Source of the DNA: Candidatus Aminicenantes bacterium
GTDB taxonomy: Bacteria > Acidobacteriota > Aminicenantia > Aminicenantales > UBA8522
Assembly (NCBI GenBank): GCA_017886205.1
Contig: JAFNEO010000013.1
Coordinates: forward strand, 25,997 to 89,996
Length of the DNA stretch: 64,000 nt
Reading direction: 5' to 3'
The notes under the pieces were generated by a model. That model was not told the origin of the DNA. It did not search any database and saw nothing but the letters and a program-made list of their open reading frames with translations. This document shows positions 9,564-18,593 of the stretch, piece after piece. The translations under genes and the position numbers were made by a program. How positions within the stretch are numbered: the first letter of the stretch is position 1; each line of letters opens with the position of its first letter.

Positions 9564-10451
9564 ATGAAAGCGTTATCAATAGGGATTCTTCTGGCCTGGG
9601 CGTCGAACCTGTGTTTCTCGGGCTATATCGTCAAGTTCGACTACGATTCCAAGATCGTCTTTTCTTCGAATTTTGAAGGGAATCAGGACATCTACCTGAT
9701 GACCCGGAATCAATTGACGAAATTAACTGATGACCCGGCCACGGATGAGTGGCCGGTGCCCGATTCGAAGGGGGAATCCATCGTTTTTACGTCCAATCGA
9801 AGCGGCAACTATGATGTCTACCTCATGAATCTGAAAAGCCGGGACATCAAAAGGCTGACCCATGATTCCCGCGATGAGGTGTCTCCTTCGTGGAGCGCTG
9901 ATGACAGATTCGTTTATTACGATCTAGGATCCGGAGGGAACTCGGGGCAGACAATGAAATTAGACATCGGTTCCGGTCGTTCGCTTCCGCTGTTTCCTGA
10001 GGTTCCCTATAAAAGCACGATCGTGCCTTTTGAGAATCGGAGCGGAGATGAAATATTTTTCACGGCCAAGGCTCTAGTGGGCTGGTTTGTGGCCAAGTAC
10101 AATGTTCATGACGGGAAATTTACAAAATTGACGGAGTCGGGAAGCTGCCGGCCGAAGGTATCTCCGGACGGCAAGAAAATCGTCTTTGTGTGTTTTGATG
10201 ACGATGGCTTGGGAGATATTTTTATGATGAATTCCGACGGCAGTTCTAAGACCAATTTGACAAAGAACCGCAGTAATTTTTACGATTACTACCCCTGTTT
10301 TTCTCCAGCGGGAGATATGATCGTTTTTTCGTCGAGTCCAAAATACCAAAAAAAGACGGGATATCAGCTTTACACCCTCGATCTTCAAAGCGGGGAAGTG
10401 AAAAAAATTTTTGCCTCGAACGGAAATAACAGTTTTCCTTATTGGTTCTAA
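9564..10451 (+). CDS. periplasmic PD40/TolB-like beta-propeller repeat protein
   Basis: Signal peptide MKALSIGILLAWASNLCFSG. Repeated PD40-type blocks: FTSNRSGNYDVYLMN, SPSWSADDRFVYY, VSPDGKKIVFV and FSPAGDMIVFSS. Low GC. Confidence 0.7.
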   Translation: MKALSIGILLAWASNLCFSGYIVKFDYDSKIVFSSNFEGNQDIYLMTRNQLTKLTDDPATDEWPVPDSKGESIVFTSNRSGNYDVYLMNLKSRDIKRLTHDSRDEVSPSWSADDRFVYYDLGSGGNSGQTMKLDIGSGRSLPLFPEVPYKSTIVPFENRSGDEIFFTAKALVGWFVAKYNVHDGKFTKLTESGSCRPKVSPDGKKIVFVCFDDDGLGDIFMMNSDGSSKTNLTKNRSNFYDYYPCFSPAGDMIVFSSSPKYQKKTGYQLYTLDLQSGEVKKIFASNGNNSFPYWF

Positions 10452-10604
10452 GGAACGCCGGAAAGAGGCGATGCCTTCGGCGAAAGAACTTCTGATCCAG
10501 CTGTGCCACTTCGAAGCGGCTCATCATCTTCAAGATGCGCGCGTAGGAACAATCGAAGACAATAAGCCTCGGCGCCCTGGACTTTTCCTGCCCGAGCCTG
10601 GCCC

Positions 10605-11918
10605 TCAGTGGACGTAGCCGAGCGAGCGGAGCTGTTCAATGGTCTTCTTGTCGAGCAGGATGTCCACGTAATCGGCGTTGTAGCGGGGGCAGGCTTCTTC
10701 GAAGGCAAATAGGTTCGTCGCCAGGCTGTGAGCCGTCATCTGCTCTTCGGCATAGCGGTTCCGATCCTCGTTCGGATCGCGCTTCAGGTCGAACAGGGAG
10801 TGGGTGCCGGGGGCCTTGAAGATGTACTTATAGCCGCCGTAGAGGCAGGCCTTTTGCAGGCTCGCTTTGGGAGTGCCCGCGTTCAGATGCAGGTGGGAAT
10901 AGACGTAACGCTCCCCGGCCGCCCCGGTCTCTCCTTCGAGCACGGGCGTGAGGTCCTTCCCGGCCAGCCCTTTCACCTGGCGGAAACCCAGGAGGGAAGC
11001 GAGCGTGGGCATGATATCTATCGTGGACACGTTGACCGCCGGACGCTTCGCGGCGAAGAGCTTTCGTTCGGGCCAGAAAAACAGCAGAGGCACGTGGATG
11101 ACGGTGTTGAAAAGCGATCTTCCGTGCCCGTAGAATTTCTTCTCTTTCAGCTCTTCCCCATGGTCGGCGGTGACGACGAGGAGCGTGTTTCGCGACCAGC
11201 CGAACCTGGCGTAGAGTTCTTTCAGGCGGGAATCGACAAAGGCGATCTCCTTGTCGTACATCGCTTTCATGTCCCTGATCCAATTCCCGGTTTTTTCGCT
11301 GTCGTCCAGCGGGATCTTGTAGGGCAAGTGGGGGTCGTTATAGTGAAGGTAGAGGAAGTAGGGGCCTCCGGCCCGGATCTCCTTTTCTAGATCGAGGACC
11401 TGCTGATTGACGAACCGCGCGCCCTTGTCGTTGCGGCACAAAAGGCGGTCGAACCCCTGTTCGAATCCCTGCCGCTGGCAGATGTTGGCGTTGTCCGAGA
11501 CCCCGAAGGTCCGGTAGCCGCCCCCGCGGAAGACCTCCGGCAGGGTCGTCACCTCTTCGGGGATCCGATTGACCTGGATGTGGGGGTACCTCTTGATCAG
11601 CTTCATCTGGGCCAGCAGGCCCATGACGACGCCGTGCTGGAAAGGGTACAAGCCCGTGAAGATCGAGGCCGTGGCCGGGGCGGTCCAAGAGGAGGCGGCA
11701 TAGGCCTTGTCGAACACGACTCCCCGGGCCGCCAGCTTCGAGAGGAACGGCGCCGTCTCCTTGGGATAGCCGTAAAAGGGGAGGCGATCGGCCCGCAGGG
11801 TGTCGATGACCACAAGGACGACGTTGGGCCTGGGGGGGTGCTTACGGAGCAACAGCCGGGCGGAAAACAGGGCCGCGGCCAGGGACACCGATACAAGAAG
11901 GATCGTCTTAAGCTTCAT
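10605..11918 (-). CDS. secreted sulfatase-fold (alkaline-phosphatase superfamily) enzyme
   Basis: Start re-placed at ATG 11918 (MKLKTILLVSVSLAAALFSA signal peptide). NVVLVVIDTLRADRL, AASSWTAPATASIFTGLYPFQHG and VVTADHGEE blocks. Ends in ...IEQLRSLGYVH. Confidence 0.75.
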   Translation of the reverse strand: MKLKTILLVSVSLAAALFSARLLLRKHPPRPNVVLVVIDTLRADRLPFYGYPKETAPFLSKLAARGVVFDKAYAASSWTAPATASIFTGLYPFQHGVVMGLLAQMKLIKRYPHIQVNRIPEEVTTLPEVFRGGGYRTFGVSDNANICQRQGFEQGFDRLLCRNDKGARFVNQQVLDLEKEIRAGGPYFLYLHYNDPHLPYKIPLDDSEKTGNWIRDMKAMYDKEIAFVDSRLKELYARFGWSRNTLLVVTADHGEELKEKKFYGHGRSLFNTVIHVPLLFFWPERKLFAAKRPAVNVSTIDIMPTLASLLGFRQVKGLAGKDLTPVLEGETGAAGERYVYSHLHLNAGTPKASLQKACLYGGYKYIFKAPGTHSLFDLKRDPNEDRNRYAEEQMTAHSLATNLFAFEEACPRYNADYVDILLDKKTIEQLRSLGYVH

Positions 11919-12237
11919 GGAGGAACCGATCAATGCTACCAGAAGGGACGGCGGCCCGTCAATCGGCCCCGCCCTCCCGCCCCGGACAAGTTCTTGACAG
12001 GGGTTCGAGGCGCGGAATATCATCGATCCGCGAGGGGGGACTCCCGGTCCCGGGCCTGATGAATCGGCGGCTATTTTGATTGATTTAGCGGGTTTTCTAT
12101 GCCAAATTCAGATCGCTGCAAGTTAGGGAGACAAAGGATGGCTTTTTCGCCGAGCTATTCACCTATGTCGGGCACTACGGCACCCACTGTGACCCTCCGG
12201 GTCATTGCCACAAAGGCATATGGTGTCCCGATTTTAC

Positions 12238-15200
12238 TTACTTGATCATGATAAGATGACCGGCGGAGTAGGCCGCAAACTCCGGCGCGTACATGGATTG
12301 GAGTGTCGCCGGCGACGCCTTGAATGTCCCCGCCATGGCGCAGCGTAGCCGGTGCTTCAGCGTGTACTCGCCCTGAGGCAGCCACTCCATGAAGAAATTC
12401 GTCCCGCTGTCCCTGATCTCCTCGTAGCGGACGATACCCAGGTCCCATTTGTAGCCGGAAATGAGGGTCACAGGCTCGCAGCCGGCCGGCCTCGGGTCAC
12501 GCAGGTGGACGTACTCGGCCGGATGCCGCGCCCGGATCGAAAGCTGGGCTTCAATCTCGTCGCCCACGGCTAGAGGCGCGCCCTCGGCCAGGGGTTTCAG
12601 GACGACCTCATCCCCCATCTTCACTCGACAGAAGTAACTCCGCTCGACGGCGAAGAGGTCACCCTCGCCCTTCTCGGGCAGTTTTTCGGTGCTGAAGTGC
12701 CAGGTTGCGGAGGCGAACGCCAGCCCCTTGCCGTCTTTTCTTGCCCGGACCGTCGCGCAGGCCGGTGAAATCTTATCGCCCGGAATCACGACCTGGTTCT
12801 TCTTACCCGTGTACTTGTCCGGCTCGAAGGTGAAAGTCGTCTGGGTATTGCAGGCGTCAATCAGGACGGACTCACGGACCCCCAGCGCGCCCGTCGTCTT
12901 CAGGAAATAGGCGACCGAGTAGATCACCTCGGATGTGGCCCGGGTGGATTTCCAGTGGTTGAGCTTTTTGTTGAGGAAGAGCCATTGGACGAGCCCCTCC
13001 GACCGCGTGTCTTTGGGCTGGAGCTCCAGCAGCGTCCGCAGGGCGAAGGCATGGGTCTCGATGGTGTCGTTATACCAGAGCCAGCCGCGGTCCTCGGGCG
13101 CCCAGGATGTGCCCTCGTCGGCGGTTGTCTTCGCCGAATCCATGACACTGTCCCAGACCAGCGCGGCGTCTTTAGCGCGCCCCGTCCGCTTTAAGGTGAG
13201 GGCGAGATAGCCCTTGAGGTAGGGCGAGTGCTGTTTCCAATGGCGGAAGGAGAAGTTAAGCATCTTCTTCCGCTCCTCGTCCGTAAACACACCGCCCGTC
13301 CAGGAAGAGTCGGGGTAATTGCTGAGCGTGTAGTTCAGGAAGGTCACGAACTCCCAGCCCACATCCTGGGCCATCATCTGCCTGACAATTTCGTCGATGA
13401 AGTGCCGGTGGAGATAGTCGAAAGCCCGGACCACGGGATCCTTGGGGACCTCGACCCCGAACTCGAGCGCTTTGGAGAAACCGTAGACGATGTAGAGCGT
13501 CATATAGGGAGAGGGCGGACCGCCCGGCCACCAGGGAAAAGCGCCCAGCGATGTCTGAGCCTTGAGCAGTTTGGCCAGGGAGGCTTCCCTCTGGACCTTG
13601 GCCACCCGAGGGTCGAGCACCTTTTCGACCCCGTATCCGGCGTCCTGTCCTCCCCTGGCCGTGACGAGCCAGGGCGTCTCCTCCATGGACATCTTCCTGT
13701 TGGGGTCGGCGGCTTCGAAAGACTCGTAAACCGTCTCCCGCTTGCTCAGGGCTTCGGCCATCGCCGCCACCTGGGGGTATCGATCATAAAGGCTCGTCAG
13801 TATGCCCGTAGACAGGAAGCGGTTGAGCGTCTGCTCCGTGCACTCATAGGGATAGTTAATGAGATACGGGAGGGCTTCGAGCAGGCCATAGAATAGCTGA
13901 GCGTCCACCGTGACCACGAGTTGTTCGTTGATCCGGGTCGGGTCGTCGCTCTTGGCCAGGTCCGGGAAACTGAGTTCGCGCATCACCCCTTCCTTGAGCG
14001 TGGCGAACCGGGACTGGACGAGGTGCATCCGGCCCGGCAAAACGGGCAGAGGACGGAGCTCGCCGTCGGAGAAAGCTCCGGCCTTGGCCGTGACCTTGAA
14101 GGCCACGGTCCCGACCCGCGCCGGTGCGGAGAGAGCGAACATGACGGCTGTGCCGCCTCCCGCTTTCGCGGTGAACGGCAGCGGAGGAACGCTCGCGGGC
14201 AGGCCGAAAGCAGGAGCCAGGTTCTCGTTGGTGACCGGGTCGAAGATCTCGAGCGACACGGCGCCGGACAAGCTCGCCTCTCCGGCGTTGTTGACCATGA
14301 CCCGGAGTTCAGCCCGGTCCCCCTCGCGGAAGAAGCGCGGCAGGTAGGGTCGGACCATGAGCTCTTTGACCGTGCGGGCCTCCTTTTGAAGGCTCCCGCC
14401 CATGAGGTCGCGGGTGACGCCGTGAACGAACACGCGCCAGCCGGTGACCGAGTCGGGCACGGTGAATTCCACGGTCGCCGTACCGTCAGGACCGGTGAGA
14501 AGGTGGGGCTGCCAGAAGGCCGTCTCGTCGAACTTGGAGCGGAGAGGGGCCTGCTCAGGAGCAGTGGTCTCAGCGCTGGTTTTGGCCTCTTCGTCTTTCG
14601 CCGGAGCCCGGTCCGCCGCGACCTCGCTCAGAGCCCCCTCCTTACCCGCTTTCTGGCGCGCGGCCGGCGCAGGAACAACTCGGCCGAGCACGCCTCCAAC
14701 GACCCCACCTAAGACTCGGCCGCCGGGCCCGCCGATTCCATACCCGTCGAGCGCCACAAGGTAGTCCGGCCTGAAGGTTGGATAGGAGGGGATGATAAAC
14801 CAGCCGGAATTCTCGCTGAACGCCTGCGGCGCCGTGCCCAGCAACGGCTCCCAAGTTGGAGCTCCCACGCGATCGGGGTAGGTATTCAAAACATTCGGCG
14901 GGCGGTGGGGAGCGAAGATGTCAAGGCTGCGGTCGTACATGTAGGCCAAGAGCTCGGCGGCTCCCTGCACGGCCGGCTTTCCGGACGGAGTCTTCACGTT
15001 CACCCGCCAGATCTCCCGGCCTCCGGGCGTGAGTTTATCCCGGAAGGAGGAGAAGGAAAGCTCCAGCTCTTTGTTATCCCAAGGAACAAATATATTCGCC
15101 TCTTCGGTGATGAATTGATGATCTCTAAGTGCCGTCACTCGGACCCCGAACCCGCCGCGCAGCTCTTCGCTGACGGGGATCTCCACGACTCCGTCGTCCC

Positions 15201-18200
15201 CTCCGGCGACGATCCAGCGCCGCTCCCAGGGCTCCCCGCCTTTGAAGGTTTCGAAAAAGAGGGGCTGTCCTTCCCAGCCGCTGTGGAGGAGCAGGCGGGC
15301 GCTCTGGCCGACGAGAACGGTCGATTGTTCGGCGGAGAGGACGAGGGGGAGCCGAGCGGAGACCTGTCTTTCGGCGACCAGGAAATCCAGCCGCTCCCGG
15401 CAGACGGCGCCGAAGTCGTCCTTGGTCTCATAGAGGAGGCGGTAGGCCCCGGGCTCCAGGCTCCGGACGGCCACCGCGGCTTCGCCCTTCTGATTGTGTT
15501 CAGCGGCGCCCTTGGCCGCTTCCGTCCCCTCCTTCCAGAGATAGAGGATGGATTCCGGGGAAGGCGCGGCCGCCCAGCGCGGACGCAGGCGGTCGCCCGG
15601 TGTCTGGTATTTTTTGGAATCGTCGTCCGACTTAGCCTCCGGCAGGGGCTGGTCGGCGGGAAGAAGCGTTGCCTCCGGCTGGACGAGCTTGACCACCCGC
15701 CACGATCCCTTCCCCGGCTTGGGTGTCCCGTTAAGATCGGTGCGCAGGATCGTGAAGGTGCTTTCTGCTTCCTCCCGGAAGAATCCGGACTCGGCCGTGA
15801 TGCGGGCTTCGACACTTACGAACCCGAGACGGAAAGAACGCACGGCCGAGCGGGTCTCACCGCCTTCGTCGGTCACGTCCACCGAAAGGGTATAGCTGTA
15901 GGTCAGCCCGGACTCCGGCTTGTCCTTGCGCTCGTCCACCCGGGGCGTGAAGCTCACTTCGAATGTGCCGTCGTCCTTGAGAGCGCTTCGGCCGCCGGCG
16001 ATGATCTGGACTTTTGCGCCCCCGGATTCCCACCACCACCAGCGGGGATAGACGGGTGCCCTTTTTACCTGCCAAACCGCCGTGCCCGAGGCGACCGGCA
16101 GACCGAAATAATACCGGGCTTCGCTCGTCAGTGCGGCGGGGCGGTTCAGGCGAAGCGGCTTGTCCGGGTCCTTGATGGTCACTTCGAAAGTCGGCCGTTT
16201 GTATTCCTCGACGCGGACCTGGGCATAGCCTTCCGGCTGGGCCCGGAGGCGCCAGGCTCCGAGCGGCCGTCCGGCGGCCGGGATGACAAACTCGCCGCTC
16301 GCGGTCCCGAAGTCGTTCGTCGTCCGGACGGACTCCTCCACCCGTTGTCCGTTGATGTCCTCCAACCAGACCGTGGCCGGCGAGTTGGCGGCCGGCTCCA
16401 CTCGCCCGATGTCCGGACGGCCTTTATAGACGAGGACCTTCCAGTAGAGCTTCTGGCCCGGCCGGTAGATGCTGCGATCGGTGTAGATTAGGGCCGACGA
16501 AATGTCTCTCGGCTTCTCATGGGCGTAAAGATACATGTAGGACGCGTCGAGAACGACGTCCTTCCCTTTCTTGGCCAGGAGGAAGAACGGGCCCGAGCGC
16601 CGGCGGGAAGCGAAATAAACGCGGCCCTCCGCGTCGGAGACCTGCGATTCGATTAGAGTGTGTCCTTTTTGCCAATCAAAGGCGTAGAGATCGACCTTAG
16701 CCCCGGGGACGGGTTTTCCCGTTTCGCCCGAGAGGACAAGCGCTTCTTCTCCGCCCTGAGCGCCGTCGCGCTTGAGCAGGACAAGGTCGGCGACCATCGT
16801 GGGATGCGCTTCGATATAGTTATTCTTTCGGACAAAATCCTCCCGGGCCGATGCGGCCACGAGATAAAGTCCCGAGGCCAGCCCGGCGGGAAGATCGACA
16901 AAGGTCCGGTGGTCCTTGAAGTCGGGTGTGGCCGGTAGCTCGGTCTTCCAGGCGGCGGCCGGCCCTTGTTTGCCAAGCACGGCCTGGGCCTCCTGCCCTT
17001 CCGGGAAGAGGTTGTAGTCTTTGGACGCCCGGATTCGCTCCATAAGGTCTAGCGGGAAAGCCCGGAAAAAGAGGCGGCCCAGGTTCCGGTGAGTCACCTG
17101 GATAGACCTTCGGCCAGGAGCGTCGGTCATCATGATCTCGACCGAGAAGTGGGGCGCTTCGATGCTCTTGACGATGTGGAGACATCGCCGGCCGCCGGGA
17201 GAGTCGGCGAAGGCGTCGACGCCTTCCTGGGCCAGACGGCGGGCGCGGATGAGGGAGTCGGGCGCATCCTCCGCCCTAGTGAACTCGGCTAAGACGGCCT
17301 GGCCCATGGCCCACCAGGAGTAAGCCCGGTATTTCGGCAGGAATTCGGCGAGGCGCTTCCGGATGAGGCTGCGGTCCTCTTCCTGAGTGAAAGATTGATG
17401 AAGGGCCTGCAGGCGCTCGATGCGGGCCTCGAGCGCGGCCTCCGGACGGCCGGTGCGGCGGCAGAAAGATTCATGCTCTCCGAGAAGAGCAAGGAGCTTC
17501 TCGAGCGGGTGGGCGGGCGCAGATTTGAGGGTGTCGGCAGCGGTTTTCTCGGCGGCCGGGTCGCCCGACAGTTCTTCAAGGTTCAAGAGAAAGAGCTCAT
17601 TCGTCTGCCGCGGTGTCCAGAAGCCGGAGTCCACAAGGAGCCGGGCCAGGAGATAGACCACTGAATCCCGGAGAGTGCTCCGGATGCCGGCCGGATAATC
17701 GCCGGCGCTCCAATAATCCGGGAAATCCTTGGACTGAAAGTCCTGGAGCCGCCCGCGATTCTCCCAGACCCGGAGGAGTGTGCTCCACGCTTCTTCGAAG
17801 ATTTGGTCCTTGGTCCAAGCCTTAAGGTCGACAACACCCTTGGCCTCCACCCGCTCGCGCCGGTTGATCTCCCAGGAATAGGCCTCGTAGTAGGTCACTA
17901 GGGACTGGGCATAATACAGGTCCAGCATGTCCCGCTGGATGGGGCTCTGGGGCCAGGGTTCCTCCTTGAGGAAGCGCACTGACGTCTCATAGCCGTGAAG
18001 GGCCGTGCGGAGCTGGACCTCTTTGATCAGAACCCAGGCCCAACCGGGCTCGTCCCCTATTCGTTTGGCTTCTTCACGGAGGCGGGCGGCTTCTTTCGCC
18101 GCTTCCTCGAATTTTTCTTCGCCAATCAGCTGGTCGAGGCGTTTGCGGTCGAGCTTCGGCTGTGGCTGTAAGGCGGCGGACAACAGACCTGGATTGCCCG

Positions 18201-18360
18201 GATTCGGGATGGAGCGGGCGGCAGTGGCCCGCAGAACCGTGGCGACTCCCCATAAAATGGCTATGGCTACTAAAAATGACGGGACCGCCCACAGCGATAA
18301 ACGGCCGACCCGGCGGCGCATAGCTCTTGAAAAGCTCGGAACGGGTTTACTGTTCTCCAT
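12238..18360 (-). CDS. bacterial alpha-2-macroglobulin family protein (thioester type), membrane-anchored, 2040 aa
   Basis: N-terminal TM anchor (LSLWAVPSFLVAIAILWGVATVL). Very large, with a beta-sandwich-rich middle region. INYPYECTEQTLNRF matches the YPYGC(L/G)EQ thioester motif and is encoded at 13831-13842. Confidence 0.85.
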   Translation of the reverse strand: MENSKPVPSFSRAMRRRVGRLSLWAVPSFLVAIAILWGVATVLRATAARSIPNPGNPGLLSAALQPQPKLDRKRLDQLIGEEKFEEAAKEAARLREEAKRIGDEPGWAWVLIKEVQLRTALHGYETSVRFLKEEPWPQSPIQRDMLDLYYAQSLVTYYEAYSWEINRRERVEAKGVVDLKAWTKDQIFEEAWSTLLRVWENRGRLQDFQSKDFPDYWSAGDYPAGIRSTLRDSVVYLLARLLVDSGFWTPRQTNELFLLNLEELSGDPAAEKTAADTLKSAPAHPLEKLLALLGEHESFCRRTGRPEAALEARIERLQALHQSFTQEEDRSLIRKRLAEFLPKYRAYSWWAMGQAVLAEFTRAEDAPDSLIRARRLAQEGVDAFADSPGGRRCLHIVKSIEAPHFSVEIMMTDAPGRRSIQVTHRNLGRLFFRAFPLDLMERIRASKDYNLFPEGQEAQAVLGKQGPAAAWKTELPATPDFKDHRTFVDLPAGLASGLYLVAASAREDFVRKNNYIEAHPTMVADLVLLKRDGAQGGEEALVLSGETGKPVPGAKVDLYAFDWQKGHTLIESQVSDAEGRVYFASRRRSGPFFLLAKKGKDVVLDASYMYLYAHEKPRDISSALIYTDRSIYRPGQKLYWKVLVYKGRPDIGRVEPAANSPATVWLEDINGQRVEESVRTTNDFGTASGEFVIPAAGRPLGAWRLRAQPEGYAQVRVEEYKRPTFEVTIKDPDKPLRLNRPAALTSEARYYFGLPVASGTAVWQVKRAPVYPRWWWWESGGAKVQIIAGGRSALKDDGTFEVSFTPRVDERKDKPESGLTYSYTLSVDVTDEGGETRSAVRSFRLGFVSVEARITAESGFFREEAESTFTILRTDLNGTPKPGKGSWRVVKLVQPEATLLPADQPLPEAKSDDDSKKYQTPGDRLRPRWAAAPSPESILYLWKEGTEAAKGAAEHNQKGEAAVAVRSLEPGAYRLLYETKDDFGAVCRERLDFLVAERQVSARLPLVLSAEQSTVLVGQSARLLLHSGWEGQPLFFETFKGGEPWERRWIVAGGDDGVVEIPVSEELRGGFGVRVTALRDHQFITEEANIFVPWDNKELELSFSSFRDKLTPGGREIWRVNVKTPSGKPAVQGAAELLAYMYDRSLDIFAPHRPPNVLNTYPDRVGAPTWEPLLGTAPQAFSENSGWFIIPSYPTFRPDYLVALDGYGIGGPGGRVLGGVVGGVLGRVVPAPAARQKAGKEGALSEVAADRAPAKDEEAKTSAETTAPEQAPLRSKFDETAFWQPHLLTGPDGTATVEFTVPDSVTGWRVFVHGVTRDLMGGSLQKEARTVKELMVRPYLPRFFREGDRAELRVMVNNAGEASLSGAVSLEIFDPVTNENLAPAFGLPASVPPLPFTAKAGGGTAVMFALSAPARVGTVAFKVTAKAGAFSDGELRPLPVLPGRMHLVQSRFATLKEGVMRELSFPDLAKSDDPTRINEQLVVTVDAQLFYGLLEALPYLINYPYECTEQTLNRFLSTGILTSLYDRYPQVAAMAEALSKRETVYESFEAADPNRKMSMEETPWLVTARGGQDAGYGVEKVLDPRVAKVQREASLAKLLKAQTSLGAFPWWPGGPPSPYMTLYIVYGFSKALEFGVEVPKDPVVRAFDYLHRHFIDEIVRQMMAQDVGWEFVTFLNYTLSNYPDSSWTGGVFTDEERKKMLNFSFRHWKQHSPYLKGYLALTLKRTGRAKDAALVWDSVMDSAKTTADEGTSWAPEDRGWLWYNDTIETHAFALRTLLELQPKDTRSEGLVQWLFLNKKLNHWKSTRATSEVIYSVAYFLKTTGALGVRESVLIDACNTQTTFTFEPDKYTGKKNQVVIPGDKISPACATVRARKDGKGLAFASATWHFSTEKLPEKGEGDLFAVERSYFCRVKMGDEVVLKPLAEGAPLAVGDEIEAQLSIRARHPAEYVHLRDPRPAGCEPVTLISGYKWDLGIVRYEEIRDSGTNFFMEWLPQGEYTLKHRLRCAMAGTFKASPATLQSMYAPEFAAYSAGHLIMIK

Positions 18361-18490
18361 GCTCTCCTCCCGACGGACCTTGTCTCAATTCTCACAGGAG
18401 AAATCTTGTTCACTATATAATACAACAACAAACGGGCAAATTCCGTCTAAAAATGCCCATCCATTCGAGATCTGTTGGGTATATGTGAAA

Positions 18491-18519
18491 TTGACTTGCC
18501 CTTTATCCTTTGTTATAAA
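18491..18519 (+). promoter_or_regulatory. sigma70-type promoter TTGACT-17-TATAAA upstream of gme
   Basis: TTGACT at 18491-18496, a 17-nt spacer, then TATAAA at 18514-18519. This gives a leader of about 70 nt containing the small hairpin GGCCGCgatttcgGCGGCC. Confidence 0.45.
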
Positions 18520-18593
18520 AACGATGACAATGGCCGCGATTTCGGCGGCCTGCGGACGATGTCCGGAGAATCAGAGCTCGAAAGGATGAATTG

